DNA from: Blastocystis sp. subtype 4
Lineage: Eukaryota
Assembly (NCBI RefSeq): GCF_000743755.1
Contig: NW_014569475.1
Coordinates: 1-37,978 of the forward strand
DNA length: 37,978 bases
Direction: 5' to 3'
Part shown: positions 1-12,427 of the stretch, in pieces
Layout of the letters: every line of letters begins with the position of its first letter
How positions within the stretch are numbered: the stretch's first letter is position 1
Made by a program: the position numbers and the translations under genes
The notes under the pieces: model-generated
Told to the model about the DNA's origin: nothing
The model's database searches: none
What the model saw: the letters and a program-made list of their open reading frames with translations, nothing else

Positions 1-2118
1 AAGATGATGTTGTTATTGATGTTAATGATGATATGAGAATGAAATGGATTGATGATTCTGAATTGATTGTTACTAGTTGTATTGAATCTCTGATTATTGC
101 TGATCATTTCAATCGACCTGATATATCATCATTGATACTGAACAATTCATTGATATCATTGAAACGAATTGAGATTGGAGATGATTGTTTTGAGAAAGTG
201 ACTCGATTTGAGATTGATGGATTGAATGAATTGGAGACTATCATCATTGGAAGCGATAGTTTCTATCTCGACGAGATCACTAAAGAAGTTGGGCAGTTTG
301 TGATAATGAATTGTGATCAACTGAGACTAATACAAATTGGAGAGGATTCATTCTATTGGTATGAATCATTTGAATTGAAGAATCTTCCTTCACTCATATC
401 CATTCAATTGGATGATGAATCATTTTATAGTCAAACAATAGTATTTGAGAGTATAAATGATTGAATGAATGATGAATGAGATCTGATTCGACTTCAATCC
501 ATTACTCTTGGATCATCTACTCTTACGGGCGATGAAGATGTTACTGAAACGAATGTATTGATAATGAAGAGTATGAATGATAATGATGATTGATTGATCA
601 GATCTTCCTTCTCTATCACTGATCAAAGGAGATGGTGACAATTTCGGTGATATATTCACGGTGATATTGGAGAGTGATGATTGATGACTGAATTTGAATT
701 AGACATTCCATCACTCACTTCAGAAGGGATTCAGTTAACCTATAATGCATTTGGTGAAGTGAAAGAACTGCTCTGTTCCAGTATGATTGAATGAATTGCT
801 AATGATTGAGATGCTGATTCTCTTGAATACTACATCACTGTCAATAGTAATATGACTCCTTCTGAACACTTATTGTCTCTTTATCCATCCTCATTGTGGA
901 TATCAGAGACCAGTCAAATGAATCAGATTTCTACTTCTGTTGAATCCATTGTGATTCAAGAAGGTGTAGGAGAAGAGGACGAGATATTTTTCACTCTCTC
1001 CAATCTTCCTTCTCTTAAAACTCTTGAAATGGGATGTCTCTCATTCTATGAGTGTCATTCGATAGTATTTGAGAGTATGAGTGATTGGGTGAATGATGAA
1101 TGAGATCTTATTCAACTTCAATCCATCAAACTTGGATCATATGCTTTTGAAGGTGATGAAGATACTGTTGAATCGAATGTATTGATAATGAGGAGTATGA
1201 ATCATAATGATTGATTGATGAGATCTTCCTTCTCTTACTACATTCAAAGGATATGAGAACAATTTCTGTTATATAGGCAAAGTGATATTGGAGGGTACTG
1301 ACTGATGACTGAATTTGAATTAGACATTCCATCACTCACTCAAGATGGGATACAGATAAACGGAGATGACACCTTTTGTGAAGTGAAAGAACTGCTCTGT
1401 TCCAGTATGATTGATTGATTGCTAATGATTGAGATGCTGATGCTCTTGAATACTACATTACCTTCAATAATCGTAATATAACTCCTTCTGAACACTTATT
1501 GTCTCTTGATCCATCCTCATTGTGGATATCAGAGACCAGTCAAATGAATCAGATTTCTACTTCTGTTGAATCCATTGTGATTCAGGGAAACGTAAAAGGG
1601 GACAAGGAATTATTCACTCTCTCCAATCTTCCTTCTCTTAAAACTCTTGAAATGGGCCCTTATGCATTCCATAATTGTCACTCAATAGTATTTGAGAGTA
1701 TGAGTGATTGGATGAATGATGAATGAGATCTGGATCAACTTCAATCCATCACTCTTCAGGTAGCAGCTCTTCAAGGTAGTACTGATACCACTGACTCGAA
1801 TGTATTGATAATGAGGAGTATGAATCATAATGATGATTGATTGATCAGATCTTCCTTCTCTATCACTGATCAAAGGAGCTGGTAACAATTTCTGTTATAT
1901 AGGCAAAGTGATATTGGAGAGTGATGATTGATGATTGAATTTGAATTAGATATGCAAGCACTGAAGGAACATGGAATAAAGATGGATTATTATGCATTTA
2001 AGGATGTGAAAGAATTGGTCTGTTCCAGTATGATTGCTTGCTTTCTAATGATTGAGATGCTGACTCTCTTGATCAATACATTCAACAGAAGAATACCAGT
2101 TTCCAGAATTCGGACTAG
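1..2118 (+). CDS. Leucine-rich-repeat protein (LPSL-type LRR), 5'-partial, 12 short introns
   Basis: The frame is open from the window start. Splicing introns 451-480, 571-601, 674-702, 781-810, 1075-1104, 1195-1222, 1295-1323, 1405-1433, 1698-1727, 1818-1848, 1921-1949 and 2028-2056 gives a continuous frame ending FQNSD-TAG (2116-2118). Repeats such as LKNLPSLISIQL and LSNLPSLKTLEMG. Confidence 0.8.
451..2075 (+). repeat. Tandem ~623-bp intragenic repeat (about 2.6 copies, exons plus introns)
   Basis: Equivalent intron donors at 451/1075/1698, 571/1195/1818, 674/1295/1921 and 781/1405/2028. Near-identical blocks, e.g. tcattgtggatatcagagaccagtcaaatgaatcagatttctacttctgttgaatcc at about 891 and about 1517. 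Confidence 0.92.
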
Positions 2119-2736
2119 AAACAACATATTATTGATGAATTCGCACTCTTTGTCATTAACAACAGTTTATCCTATACTTTTGTAATAGATAGATAGTGAA
2201 TAGATCACAAGCACGATACTGAACTTCTTACGTCTCTTCTTTCAAATTCAGTGATGACACAACACCACCTTCTGATACATACTATTCCAAACCAACTAAG
2301 AAATAGAATATCATGGCAACAAGTAAACATGATTGGTGAAGGGAGATGCCATGTCTGTAGAAAAGAAAAGATAGTGAACCAATTGTTGAAACAGAGAATC
2401 GCGAAACATATTTGAGTAAGTACTCATACAGAGGTATGAAAGAACGAAGTATTATGTGCTAGCAGTATTTCATTGCTTCCCTAGTTGATTCCATCCAATG
2501 AATAGACTGCAGACAATCAATCTCTCCATCATGAAGATGACCAATACAAGCTTCAGAATCATGGAAAACACAATTATTCATGATTCCTATAGTTTATTGT
2601 TGTGATATGTTGAAAATTATCGAGATAATTGCTGATTTCACTTCATTATAATTATCATATAAACGAATCACTGTACAGTTGACTACCAACCATCCCATCC
2701 AAAGTGTTATCTGTCTGCAAAGTGAGCGAATTGAAA

Positions 2737-5569
2737 ATGGATTTTGGAAGTTTATTAGCTCAATTTTCCACAGCTGGTAGGAAGTGGTGATCGAACAAGG
2801 CTTATGGAGTTTAGATAATGAGCAGCGTCAAATTGCTGAGAATCAACTTGCCAGTGTAATGAATACTGACTTTTCCAAGTTTGTTATGTCTATGATGGAA
2901 GTGTTAGTAGACACAACCAAACCAACTTCTGTTCGTCAGATGGCAGGAATTCTCTTTAAAAGAGCAATTTCCAGTCTCGTAAACCTTTTCTATTTGTCTG
3001 GCTGATGTGTTAGAGTGGACCTATTCTTAAGGAAAAACAAATGGCTTGGAATAACTTAGACCCAGGGGTTCGATCACAAGTGAAGACAGCGGTAAGAGTA
3101 GAGATGATTTGCTCATCTGTAGATGATTTCGTGTTTAAATGATGATTCCTTTCCTGTTCGAAATGCAGCTGCATCTGCTGTGTCTGCTATTGCGAAAATT
3201 GAAGTTCCTATTGGTCTATGGGACAGTCTCTTTGACGACTTAAACTGTATTGTCCAGGATCCTTCTGTTCGTTTGGAAACAAAATCTGCCTGCATCGAAG
3301 CTATCCGTTACATTTGTGAGGATCTGGATCCTGATTCCATTAACGATTCTATGAGTGCGTCGATTCTTCTAATGCTCCTGTATTGTCTCCAAAGTTCAAT
3401 TCCGACGGCTCTCCGAGATGAAGCCATTCAAGCTCTCAACGTAGCCTTAGACTTTGCCGGTGTATTTATGCAGTCTCCAGAACAGTGTACACGAGTAATG
3501 GAAGCGATCTACAGTTGTTGTCAAGATGCCAGTCTGGAAGTACAAACACATGCTATAATTTGTCTGAATGCAGTCTTTGAGCTGTTTTATGACGTCTTGA
3601 CTCCTTTTTTCCCTTCGTTTTACAACATCTGCAAATCAGCAATTACTAGTGTTTCTGAAGTCGCCATTCAGGCTTGTTTTTCACTTGAAACTCTTGCTGT
3701 GGTCGAGAAGATGCGAATCGATAATAAGGAGACCTGTTTGAATTTGGCGGCAAATTGTGGCGCAGATCTGGTGGAGGTCTTGTGCATAGCAATGACGAAG
3801 CAACATGAAGAAGATGACGGAGAGACTATGACAGTTCCAATGGCAGCAGCTACCTGCTTAGCCGCCTTTTGTGAGGTACTGAAGAATGGTATGATTGGTG
3901 ATGATGTAATTAGATAGATGTCGTGTCGATTGTGTGGCCCTTCGTTTCAACCAATATCAACAGTTCCAATTGGCATCTACAGGAAGCCTCCTTAATGATC
4001 TTCGGCTGTCTGTTACATGGTCCTGATCCCTCGTATATTTCGGGATTGGTGGCTGAAGCTTGTTCCATTCTTCTCCCTCTCATTATCTCTGGAAGCTGTA
4101 TTGCAGTGAGAGATTCGGCTGCTTGGGCCATGAGTCAGATTTGTGAGAGTCATTTACCAAGTGTCCCAGCATCACAGACCCAACAATTGCTTCAAGTGCT
4201 AATTGATGCACTGGATATGGTTGAAATGACTGAATGAACTCATGAGTAGGAACCCCGTGTAAGCCAACATGCTGCTCTTGCTATTTCGTATATTTGTGAT
4301 TATATCGCTCAGCCTAATCAAGAATCCAATCTAATTTCATCTTATTACCAATCATTACTTCAGAAACTTTTGAATTGCTCAGAAAAGATTGGAGTCGCGA
4401 ATAACCAGCTACGTGAGAATGCTGCTTATGCTTTAATGAGTTTAATTGGATGCTGTGCTATGGACTGTGAGAATCTCCTTGAATCGTTCTTACAGTTTGT
4501 TATTGAGAAGTGTAAGACGTCTCTGGTAGGAGTAGGATGTCTCTCTGATGTCTAGACAAGTACGGAAGGTGATCAAGATGAACGTTATCATCTTCAGCGA
4601 TTCTATTGCATTGTTCTTGTAAGTCTCGTTCAGCGACTGGGACTTCGTATCTCTAGTTATGTTAATATGTTGGCTGAGATCAGTTATAAAGTAAGTCTGT
4701 CACATTCAATTGATTCTAGGTTCTTAGCAGTGACAACACGTCGGCTCATACACAAGGAATCTTACTCTTCTCGGGTCTAGTAGCTTCTGTACCCTCTCAA
4801 TCTCTGGTGTTTATTGTATGTCTTGATTTGATTCTCTGATCAGTAGTCTCATCTTCTTCCATTCATTGTTAACGCAATCAAAACACCGAATGATGTTCAT
4901 ACATGTCGTAGTGCCATTACTTGCCTTGGTGACATCCTTCACACTGTTGGTAATATGGATGAGTTAACTGCCGATCAGAAGCTTCAGATCTTCAATCCCA
5001 TTTTAGCGATGCGCGATGATTTGTTGAAATCTCTCATTGAATCCCTCCAGAATGCTGATGTGGAGCGTGATATTAAGCCTGATCTCTTTATCTGTCTCTC
5101 TGATATCTTCTGGGAACTGAGTGATTACTGTCTGTACCATGTGGAGAATGTGATGAAGTTAGCTCTGGATGCTGCCAACTATCCTGTGGAGTCAATCGCT
5201 GATGAGGAGGGTATGGAATGGTTAGATCGATTATTCTGCTCTGTGGTGGATCTGTGGGATGCTTTAAGTGAATGTGCGAATAAGTGTCATGGTATTATGG
5301 AGGCTTCACTCGCGCCAATTATTGCGTTTGTAGGTCGAATCGTAGTGTGGAATGCTGCCAGTACACAATTGATTAAGGCTTGTGTGTACATGTTGCGAGA
5401 TTTGGGTATTTCGATGGGTGCAACAGTAGCAACGACAATCCTGAATACTCCTTGTTTTGATAGTCTGTTGGTCCGTGCTGTGAGTAATGGAGATGAATGT
5501 ACTACAGCAGCTACAGACTGTCGAGATACACTACAGCGTGTGATGAGACATGAATACATTTCGTGGTAA
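2737..5569 (+). CDS. KPNB1: Importin subunit beta-1 (karyopherin beta, HEAT repeats), multi-exon
   Basis: ATG 2737 MDFGSLLAQFSTA, intron 2777-2814, then DNEQRQIAENQL...VRQMAGILFK (IBN_N). Further motifs AVSAIAKIEVPIGLWDSL, TVPMAAATCL, WHLQEASLMIFGCLLHGP, VRDSAAWAMSQIC. Stop TAA 5567-5569. Confidence 0.85.
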
Positions 5570-5803
5570 ACTGCTCTTTTCTTTCATTCAATTCACATCA
5601 ACGTCATATGTCATATTTATCTTTTCACCTTTCTGTTTCTTAGTAGTTAATATGAAGTCATTTTGGAGTGAAATATGATAGTTGTTCTTGTTCTATTGGG
5701 TTATTCATATCACAACTGTTCGTTGTGAGCAATCTTGAAGTAAGACTAGTTTTGTTTGTAACATATTCGTTGTTCTATGAAAACAAACATAATGAAGTCA
5801 CGA

Positions 5804-7829
5804 TCAATTCGAATTATATCGAATATACTGAAGAATACTACGCAATTCCTTCTTATAATCAAAATGTGACTTCACAAGATGAGATACATTCACATTCTCC
5901 ACTCCATCTACCTCAATCTCCTTCAATCCAGCAACTGAAATAACGCCTGACTAATCATAGTCCTAAATCACAAATATTACTTCAATACGATGCAAATAAC
6001 ACAATATTCCATCGTTCTTACTATATCCATTCACTAAACGACCACTCACAACTTGTCGCAGAGACATCCACAGCTCTTTATCAGTTGATGCTGGACATCC
6101 TAACAAAACCACTACTAGTCCATCATCACATCCAGACCTACCATCTTGAATTAATCCTATTCGCCTCTTTTCTACCAACCGCTTCAGAATCGATATAATC
6201 ACTATACATCCCGTGCTATATCTATCATAGTACATTAATACCATTATTACGCTACAAGACTCATTGGTCGATTCTCCTTAGATTCGAGAAATTGATCAGC
6301 AATCACTGTACCCAGAACTTCAGCCTTCTGTCGAATAACAGACCACGTATTATCCAGAAAAGAGATTGGATACAATACAAATAGTGTTCCAGAAAATACA
6401 AAAGTGCCTCTTAACAACAGAGCATTGATATAGCGAGAGAGAAGAGAATGAGAAAGTGATTGGATCTATGAATGATGAACCATTGAAGCACGAACGGCAG
6501 TATCCATAAAAAGAGTGGAGAGATTTGTAAGAAGCTCAGATTCCCAATCAACCAAGTAACAATGACCTCCATCAAATGAATTCTTCATCCTTTCAATCAT
6601 TATTAGTTATTGAATCATACCATTCATTACAAGGATGAAACCCCCAACATTGAATGGTGGTTTCATTACATGATAAGAATCCATTTATAAATATCACATC
6701 ATATGTGTCACATTCAACTGTATCCTGAGACTCTTTTAAGTCATTCACATCCACGATTGTGGCATCTACTTCAGAACTTAATCGTCGTTTCATCTTGTTC
6801 CTATCTCTCACATACGAATGACTGCATACCCTGCATATCCAGCTCCTCCAGCTAATAATCCAGCTGAGAAGACAGTGAGACCTGCAGAAGAAGCAAGGAA
6901 TGTGGAAGTCGCCGACAATGCACTAACTAGAGCTGTAGTGATCACAGTACCTCCTCCAATCACAGCTGCCATTCCGCTTAGTGTTTGAAGAAGAGCTCCA
7001 GCTGCAGGAAGGAGAACTGGTGCTAGTGATTACAACAGAAGTAAGACAGGACCTGCAAATACTATGAGGGATCCTGCCATAGCTGCTGCTCCGATTTTCA
7101 ACCATTTTCCTTTTACAGACACCTTCTTAGCCGCTTCTTCCATCTCCCAAGTGTTTTTGCCTTTATTACTGGATGCGATGCAAAGATAGGTTAATAAGGA
7201 TCGTTCTAATGACAATAATGTTGAGTATGGAATAGATAGACAAGATGTTACACGAACAAGGAATGAACGAGAAATGGCATCATATTCATTTATCAGAACA
7301 AAGTGAGTTAATAACTCTGTTATGAACTGAATATTCAGTTGCTCGTTTGGATAGCTATTCATGAACAATCGAAAGCACATGAACATGGAAGAATATCCAA
7401 CATCTTCATCCATCATTTCTAGAGATCTCTCACACATCTAGATAAGAATTGGTAGAGAAGGATACAATGTCAACGACATCGTCCAGTCCCTGAAACTGCA
7501 GATAATAAAGAAGAGCATCTTTGATCCGAGGAAATAGAATACGAGTATTATCTTGAGATATTCCTTTCCATTTAAGTTGCGACAAAACAAGTTTTGCTAT
7601 CATTAAATCAATTTCAACTGTCCAACCATAAAGAAACTGTGTTGATCTATCACATTTATCACGCATCAACTGAAAACCGTTACTACTTCATTATCATTTA
7701 TTTCGTTTAATTACATGTTACCATCTTTATCCATATAGTTTAACAAGGCTACGATCCAACCATCTAGTCATTCATACCTGCAGAAAGTTCAAAAACAGCA
7801 TCGTCAAGTGTACATTTCTTCCCCTTCAT
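5804..7829 (-). CDS. TMCO4/DUF726 (Mil1-like) alpha/beta-hydrolase-fold protein, multi-exon; start approximate
   Basis: [39 protein letters not shown]...RPMSLVA|YSTG (nucleophile-elbow-like), [16 protein letters not shown]. Last exon [27 protein letters not shown]...SN-TGA (5804-5806). TGTTTGTT at 5789-5782. Confidence 0.8.
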
Positions 7830-7894
7830 TACTCCTTATCATACATGGAAAGTATAATGGATTCTCTATCTCCCGCTTCTTTTACTTTTTCCGA

Positions 7895-9179
7895 ATGCAA
7901 ACTCGTGTATACTCTAGAATCCTTTCTTGCACCCGATACATTCGGTCTGAGCCCGTCAATATATGTAAATGTGCTGCAGCATCAGGATGCACTCTTTTTC
8001 GTCGATTTAAGTCTTCGACGTATGAGGTTGATATCGTTTGATTCCTGTAGTAGAAAGACAGTGGATCCTTCAGATGCCAAGGAACTTGCCCTAAAAAACG
8101 CTATCAAACAGCTGGAAACTCAATTCGGCAAGGGATCAGTAATGAAGCTAGGATCTAGAGAGAAGCTGGACGTCCCAGTGATTAGTACTGGATCCCTCAC
8201 CATCGATCGTGCATTAGGTATCGGTGGTCTCCCTCGAGGACGTGTTGTCGAAATCTATGGTCCCGAAAGCAGCGGTAAAACTACTCTAGCCTTGCATACA
8301 GTTGCTCAATTGCAGAAGACAGGTGGCACTTGTACTTTCATTGATGCTGGTTGATTTTCTTTCCCATTGTCACAACTAGAGCATGCATTAGATCCCATCT
8401 ATGCATCCAACATTGGTGTCAACATTGATGATTTATATATCAGTCAACCCGACAGTGGTGAGCAAGCTCTTGAGATAGCTGACTCTCTCGTCCGTAGTGG
8501 AGCTATGGATATGATCGTTGTGGATAGTGTAGCTGCTTTAGTCCCGAAAGCAGAAGTCGAAGGAGCAATGGGTGATGCTCACATGGCACTACAGGCGAGA
8601 TTGATGAGTCAAGCATTGCGTAAGCTGACAGGAAGTCTCTCTAAATCCAACTGTCTGATAATCTTCATTAACCAGATTCGACAGAAAGTGGGAGTTCTGT
8701 TTGGGAATCCGGAGGTAACTCCTGGAGGAAATGCACTGAAGTTCTATAGTTCCGTTCGAATGGATATTCGCCGAAAGGCTGCGATCAAGAAGGATGATGA
8801 AGTAATCGGTTATGAAACCACTGTTAAGATTGTAAAGAATAAATTAGCTCCTCCTTTCCGTGTTGCGAATTTCGATATGATGTTTGGAACGGGCATCTCA
8901 CATGTTGGAGAAATTCTAGATTTGTCGATTGCTGAGGGGCTTTTAGAGCAAAGTGGTGCATGGATTAGCCGAGATGGAACGAACATTGCTCAAGGACGAC
9001 CGAAAGCGAAGTTGTATTTAGAACAGAATCAGGACCTCTGTGACGAATTGGAGAAGGAATTGCGTCAGAAATGGAAGGACGAGAGAGAATCTAATGCGAC
9101 GATGGCTGCTGCAAATCATGTAGAGGATTGGAACGTATCTGGTTCTGTGAAGGAGGAAATTAGCGAAACAGTTGAATAA
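7895..9179 (+). CDS. recA: Bacterial-type RecA with predicted mitochondrial presequence; introns 8020-8050 and 8350-8379
   Basis: [21 protein letters not shown] (Walker A), [47 protein letters not shown]. Exon 1 [42 protein letters not shown] splices in frame. Confidence 0.95.
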
Positions 9180-9183
9180 TGAG

Positions 9184-9191
9184 TGTTTGTT
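9184..9191 (+). terminator. TGTTTGTT polyadenylation element of recA
   Basis: Exactly 4 nt after the TAA stop. Confidence 0.85.
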
Positions 9192-9210
9192 GGATCATCT
9201 TTTCCTTCGT

Positions 9211-10062
9211 ATGGAAACTAAGAAAGAGACTCCCCATTCGATTGTGTATACTTCTGTTCAACTGATGATTGTAGATACTTACCGTACATAGGTTCAGCAT
9301 TATGTGTCATTGGCTTTGTCGCCTGTTTTATCATAACAAAATTGTCTGGCCACTTGCCAGATTGGTTTATCTTCCCTCCAATCTCATTTCTCGGTTACAA
9401 GATGCCTGAACATATCGTTTATGCTATTTGTTTCACCGGTGGTGCTATATGTTATCAGATCGCCTTTTTGTATATCCAGAAGTATTCGTTTCTCTCCTGT
9501 GGAATGTAATCATTTCTTTCTTTTTCAATTGAAGTCAGTACGACGGATTTTCGGGAAAGTGGCTTCGTGCTGCAGCCATTCTTGCATCCCTTTGTCCTCT
9601 CTTCCTCACCATTCAAGCCATAATTCCACTTCAAGAGGATATTTTGGACGTACAGTTCTTGAGGCCATTGTTATATTTAGGAAGATGCGAAAGAAACCAT
9701 CTGGAGTATTGTTCATCAAGGTTCGGCAGTGGTTCTATTTTTATTGACTCTCATTCATGCTACTATCGTTTGTTTCTTCATTCGCCATGTGAAGGACCAT
9801 CACTACAGACGATCTTCCATCCTTTTCAAGGAAATCGGTCTTGGTGGAATGATCCTCTCGCTAATTGCCTCTGTGATCTTTCATCCAGCTAGTAATTTCT
9901 CTGGAAGCAACGTAAGGAAGAAGGAAGAAGTTGATTCGTAGGCCCATCTAACCTACAATATGGCTGGTATCGCTCAATGGATCTTTGTAGCCTCTATGAT
10001 TTTATTCTGCTCATCCTATACCATTGATTTCCAAACACCTCAACCAATTGAAGTCATTCAAT
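9211..10062 (+). CDS. Frag1/DRAM/Sfk1 (TMEM150-like) multi-pass membrane protein; stop predicted to be completed by polyadenylation
   Basis: METKKETPHSIV|YLPYIGSALCVIGFVACFIITKLSGHLPDWFIFPPISFLGYKMPEHIVYAICF, several TM segments. The last exon from 9942 reads AHLTYNMAGIAQWIFVASMILFCSSYTIDFQTPQPIEVIQ, then T(10062) 4 nt before TGTTTGTA. Confidence 0.7.
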
Positions 10063-10066
10063 CTTG

Positions 10067-10080
10067 TGTTTGTACAAACA
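10067..10080. terminator. Palindromic bidirectional GU-rich polyadenylation element TGTTTGTACAAACA
   Basis: Perfect 14-bp inverted repeat that reads TGTTTGTA on both strands, located between two convergent genes. Confidence 0.75.
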
Positions 10081-10084
10081 ACCA

Positions 10085-12402
10085 AACGAATCATCTCTCG
10101 TTTTAAATACAATTCCCTTCCCATCCATTCTGTTTCCAATTTCTTCGCAAAGTCTGGACTAGGGCGAATTCCTTTCAAACTTGTGACAAATAGCACATAC
10201 CAACTCAGCATTAATGGATCACTTCGAAAAACACTAACACAGTCATTTAAACTCGTTTCCATTGCTTCGTAACTATTATAATACAAATCCAATGCTGATG
10301 TCAATATGCACACAATCTGCATCCAAAACAAATCTTCAGAACATAGAAAAGGACTTCTAAAGAGATATTTCAAGAATAATTTTAGATTCTTGTGAACTTG
10401 AACGAGATCAGAATTCACCTCAATTTCTGTGGTAAGAAAGGAAGGAATTGCAAGTGGGACCATCCACAACAAATTGAAAGAAATATGAGACAATGAAGGA
10501 ATGAAGTCATAATGACGATCTAGAAAGAGTTTTCCAAATCGCAAAGAGACAGGAAGAGGAGTAAAATCCGTAAATATGAAGAAGTTTTGTTTTCTGTAGT
10601 CCTTGACCATCTGTATCACAGTAGAAAAACTTTGGGATCGCAATTCTGCAACTTCATTCTCGTTTCGACTCCCAACCTTCAACAACTCATCAACACAAAC
10701 TTCTATAGTCTCAATACATAGTTCAAACACCCAATACGGGTCCAGAAGTACATCTCCATCTGCTCTAAAATGGTCACGTTGTTGCTGAATTCGTAGTAAT
10801 AACCACTGTGAAGGCTGAAGACAAGCTTGAAATAACAAGGGGAAGGAGCGATGAATAAGGAAATCAACAAGGAAGATGTACGGAAGATGTCGGATTCCTG
10901 GAATTCCACAAGTACAGATGATTTCGGTAACCTTAGGAAAGGATTGATAGTTACTGAATTCATTGAGAAACGACTGACAATCATCACTAAGAGTGACATC
11001 ACTGCCAGTATCAGATTGATGCAAATATCGATCCATTAGATTCTGATACCTCTGTAGTATAGGACAAGAGGCTGAAAGATAGGAAGGAAGAGAGTATGAT
11101 TTGGAATGATATACTTGATGAATTCGTGATTGGATGAGAGGAGTTATAGAGTGTTCTGCAAACTCAGATGGTAGTAAAGGGAGAGAAATACGACTTTTCA
11201 ACATCAAACAACAGTCCAGAAATAGGAGCGATTTCTACCTATCATCCTAACTAATCAGATGAACCAAATCGTTGTTTTCATTGCTAGTTTGCATCAACTG
11301 AATGAGTTTCTGATAGTATTTGTGATATACAACCTCTTCACAACCAGTCAGAATCACAGTGTTGATTACATACCAGCAAGCCACTATAGGTTGATCTGCA
11401 CACTCAATAGCAGTATCAAATAACGTAGTAATTGTAGAAACACCTAGAATTGATGGAAAAACGAAGAACAACGTAAATCAATCCCAAGTGCCAAGAATAA
11501 CTTCAGATAAACAATCCATGATATCGTATCACATTGGTTCATTTCCAATGATCGTTTTACAAATTGGATAGCATCGCTTACGTTGTACTGTGACAACAAT
11601 GGAATTGGTTGATGAAAGATACGTTTAATATGTTTCTGTTTTGTTACCTGCTTGCTAAGTATACCAATGACCATATCAAGAAGAATATCTGATGTGGAGG
11701 ATTCAGGATGGAACGTAAGAGAGATGAAATCTTCATTCTCCATGTCCATAGATCCTTGTTCCATTTCTGCTGGAATCGAAGGTAACTCTTTCATTTCGGC
11801 TTTATCTGAAGATCAAAGGGATAACTGATAAATACGATAACTATAGATACCAATTGTGTCTGGATCATATGGAAAACGAAGAGAAGTGATAGACTCCGAA
11901 GATACTTGAGAATCACACATCTTACAAAGAAATTGTTGCAGATTCTTTATAGCCACGCTAGGATTTACCTACTAGATAAGAGGAAGCAGAAGATTATTAC
12001 ACAACCAGCAGCATCCCCTTTTGATCCGTTTGAAATATTATAGTCATCGACAATTGATTTTGGAAGTTCCAATGTCCGAAACGACTTATCTGAATGCTTA
12101 CAACTGCGAAGGAATGTCGCAGCAAATTCCGAATCGACCTTTATGAGCTCATTTGACAGAACAAAAACATATCTCTTGGGAATGAGACGCTCAATCTCCA
12201 ATGATGCTTCCTCCTCCACATTTTGGCAAACTTTTTTGCATTCCGATAGCTCTTGCTGAAGAGTAGGAATTTCCCTTTTCTTTTCTTGTAGTCGCACTTT
12301 CAGTTCATTCAGACGTCTTTCAATCGATTCAACTTCTCCTTGAGAACGCTGGACAATTTGCATCAAATTGGCATTCTCACGATCGATTGCAGCATCACTC
12401 AT
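10085..12402 (-). CDS. Helical protein with N-terminal coiled coil, possibly ZFC3H1-like (HAT/TPR repeats); stop predicted to be completed by polyadenylation
   Basis: ORFs 11965-12420, 11444-11794, 11247-11471 and 10011-11207 are joined by ~30-nt introns. The segment DAIQFVKRSLEMNQCDTISWIVYLKLF...LFDTAIE resembles, from memory, the ZFC3H1 family. The family call is weak. Confidence 0.55.
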
Positions 12403-12415
12403 CAACAATACTATG

Positions 12416-12423
12416 AACAAACA
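12416..12423 (-). terminator. TGTTTGTT polyadenylation element of the GT61 gene
   Basis: Exactly 4 nt after the TGA stop. Confidence 0.85.
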
Positions 12424-12427
12424 CCAG

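Noticed and set aside
451..2075. CRISPR array or transposon
   Set aside because: The repeats are spliced coding LRR units; there is no repeat-spacer structure, terminal repeat or transposase.
2251..2275. GTGATGA...CTGA as a C/D snoRNA
   Set aside because: The boxes are too close together and no rRNA guide was recognised.
7845..9179. recA (and the FtsH-like gene) as bacterial contamination or frameshifted genes
   Set aside because: The breaks are 30-31 nt GT-AG introns, with presequences and host-type poly(A) elements.
10011..10106. True overlap of two convergent coding regions
   Set aside because: Better explained by poly(A)-created stops at 10062 and 10085.
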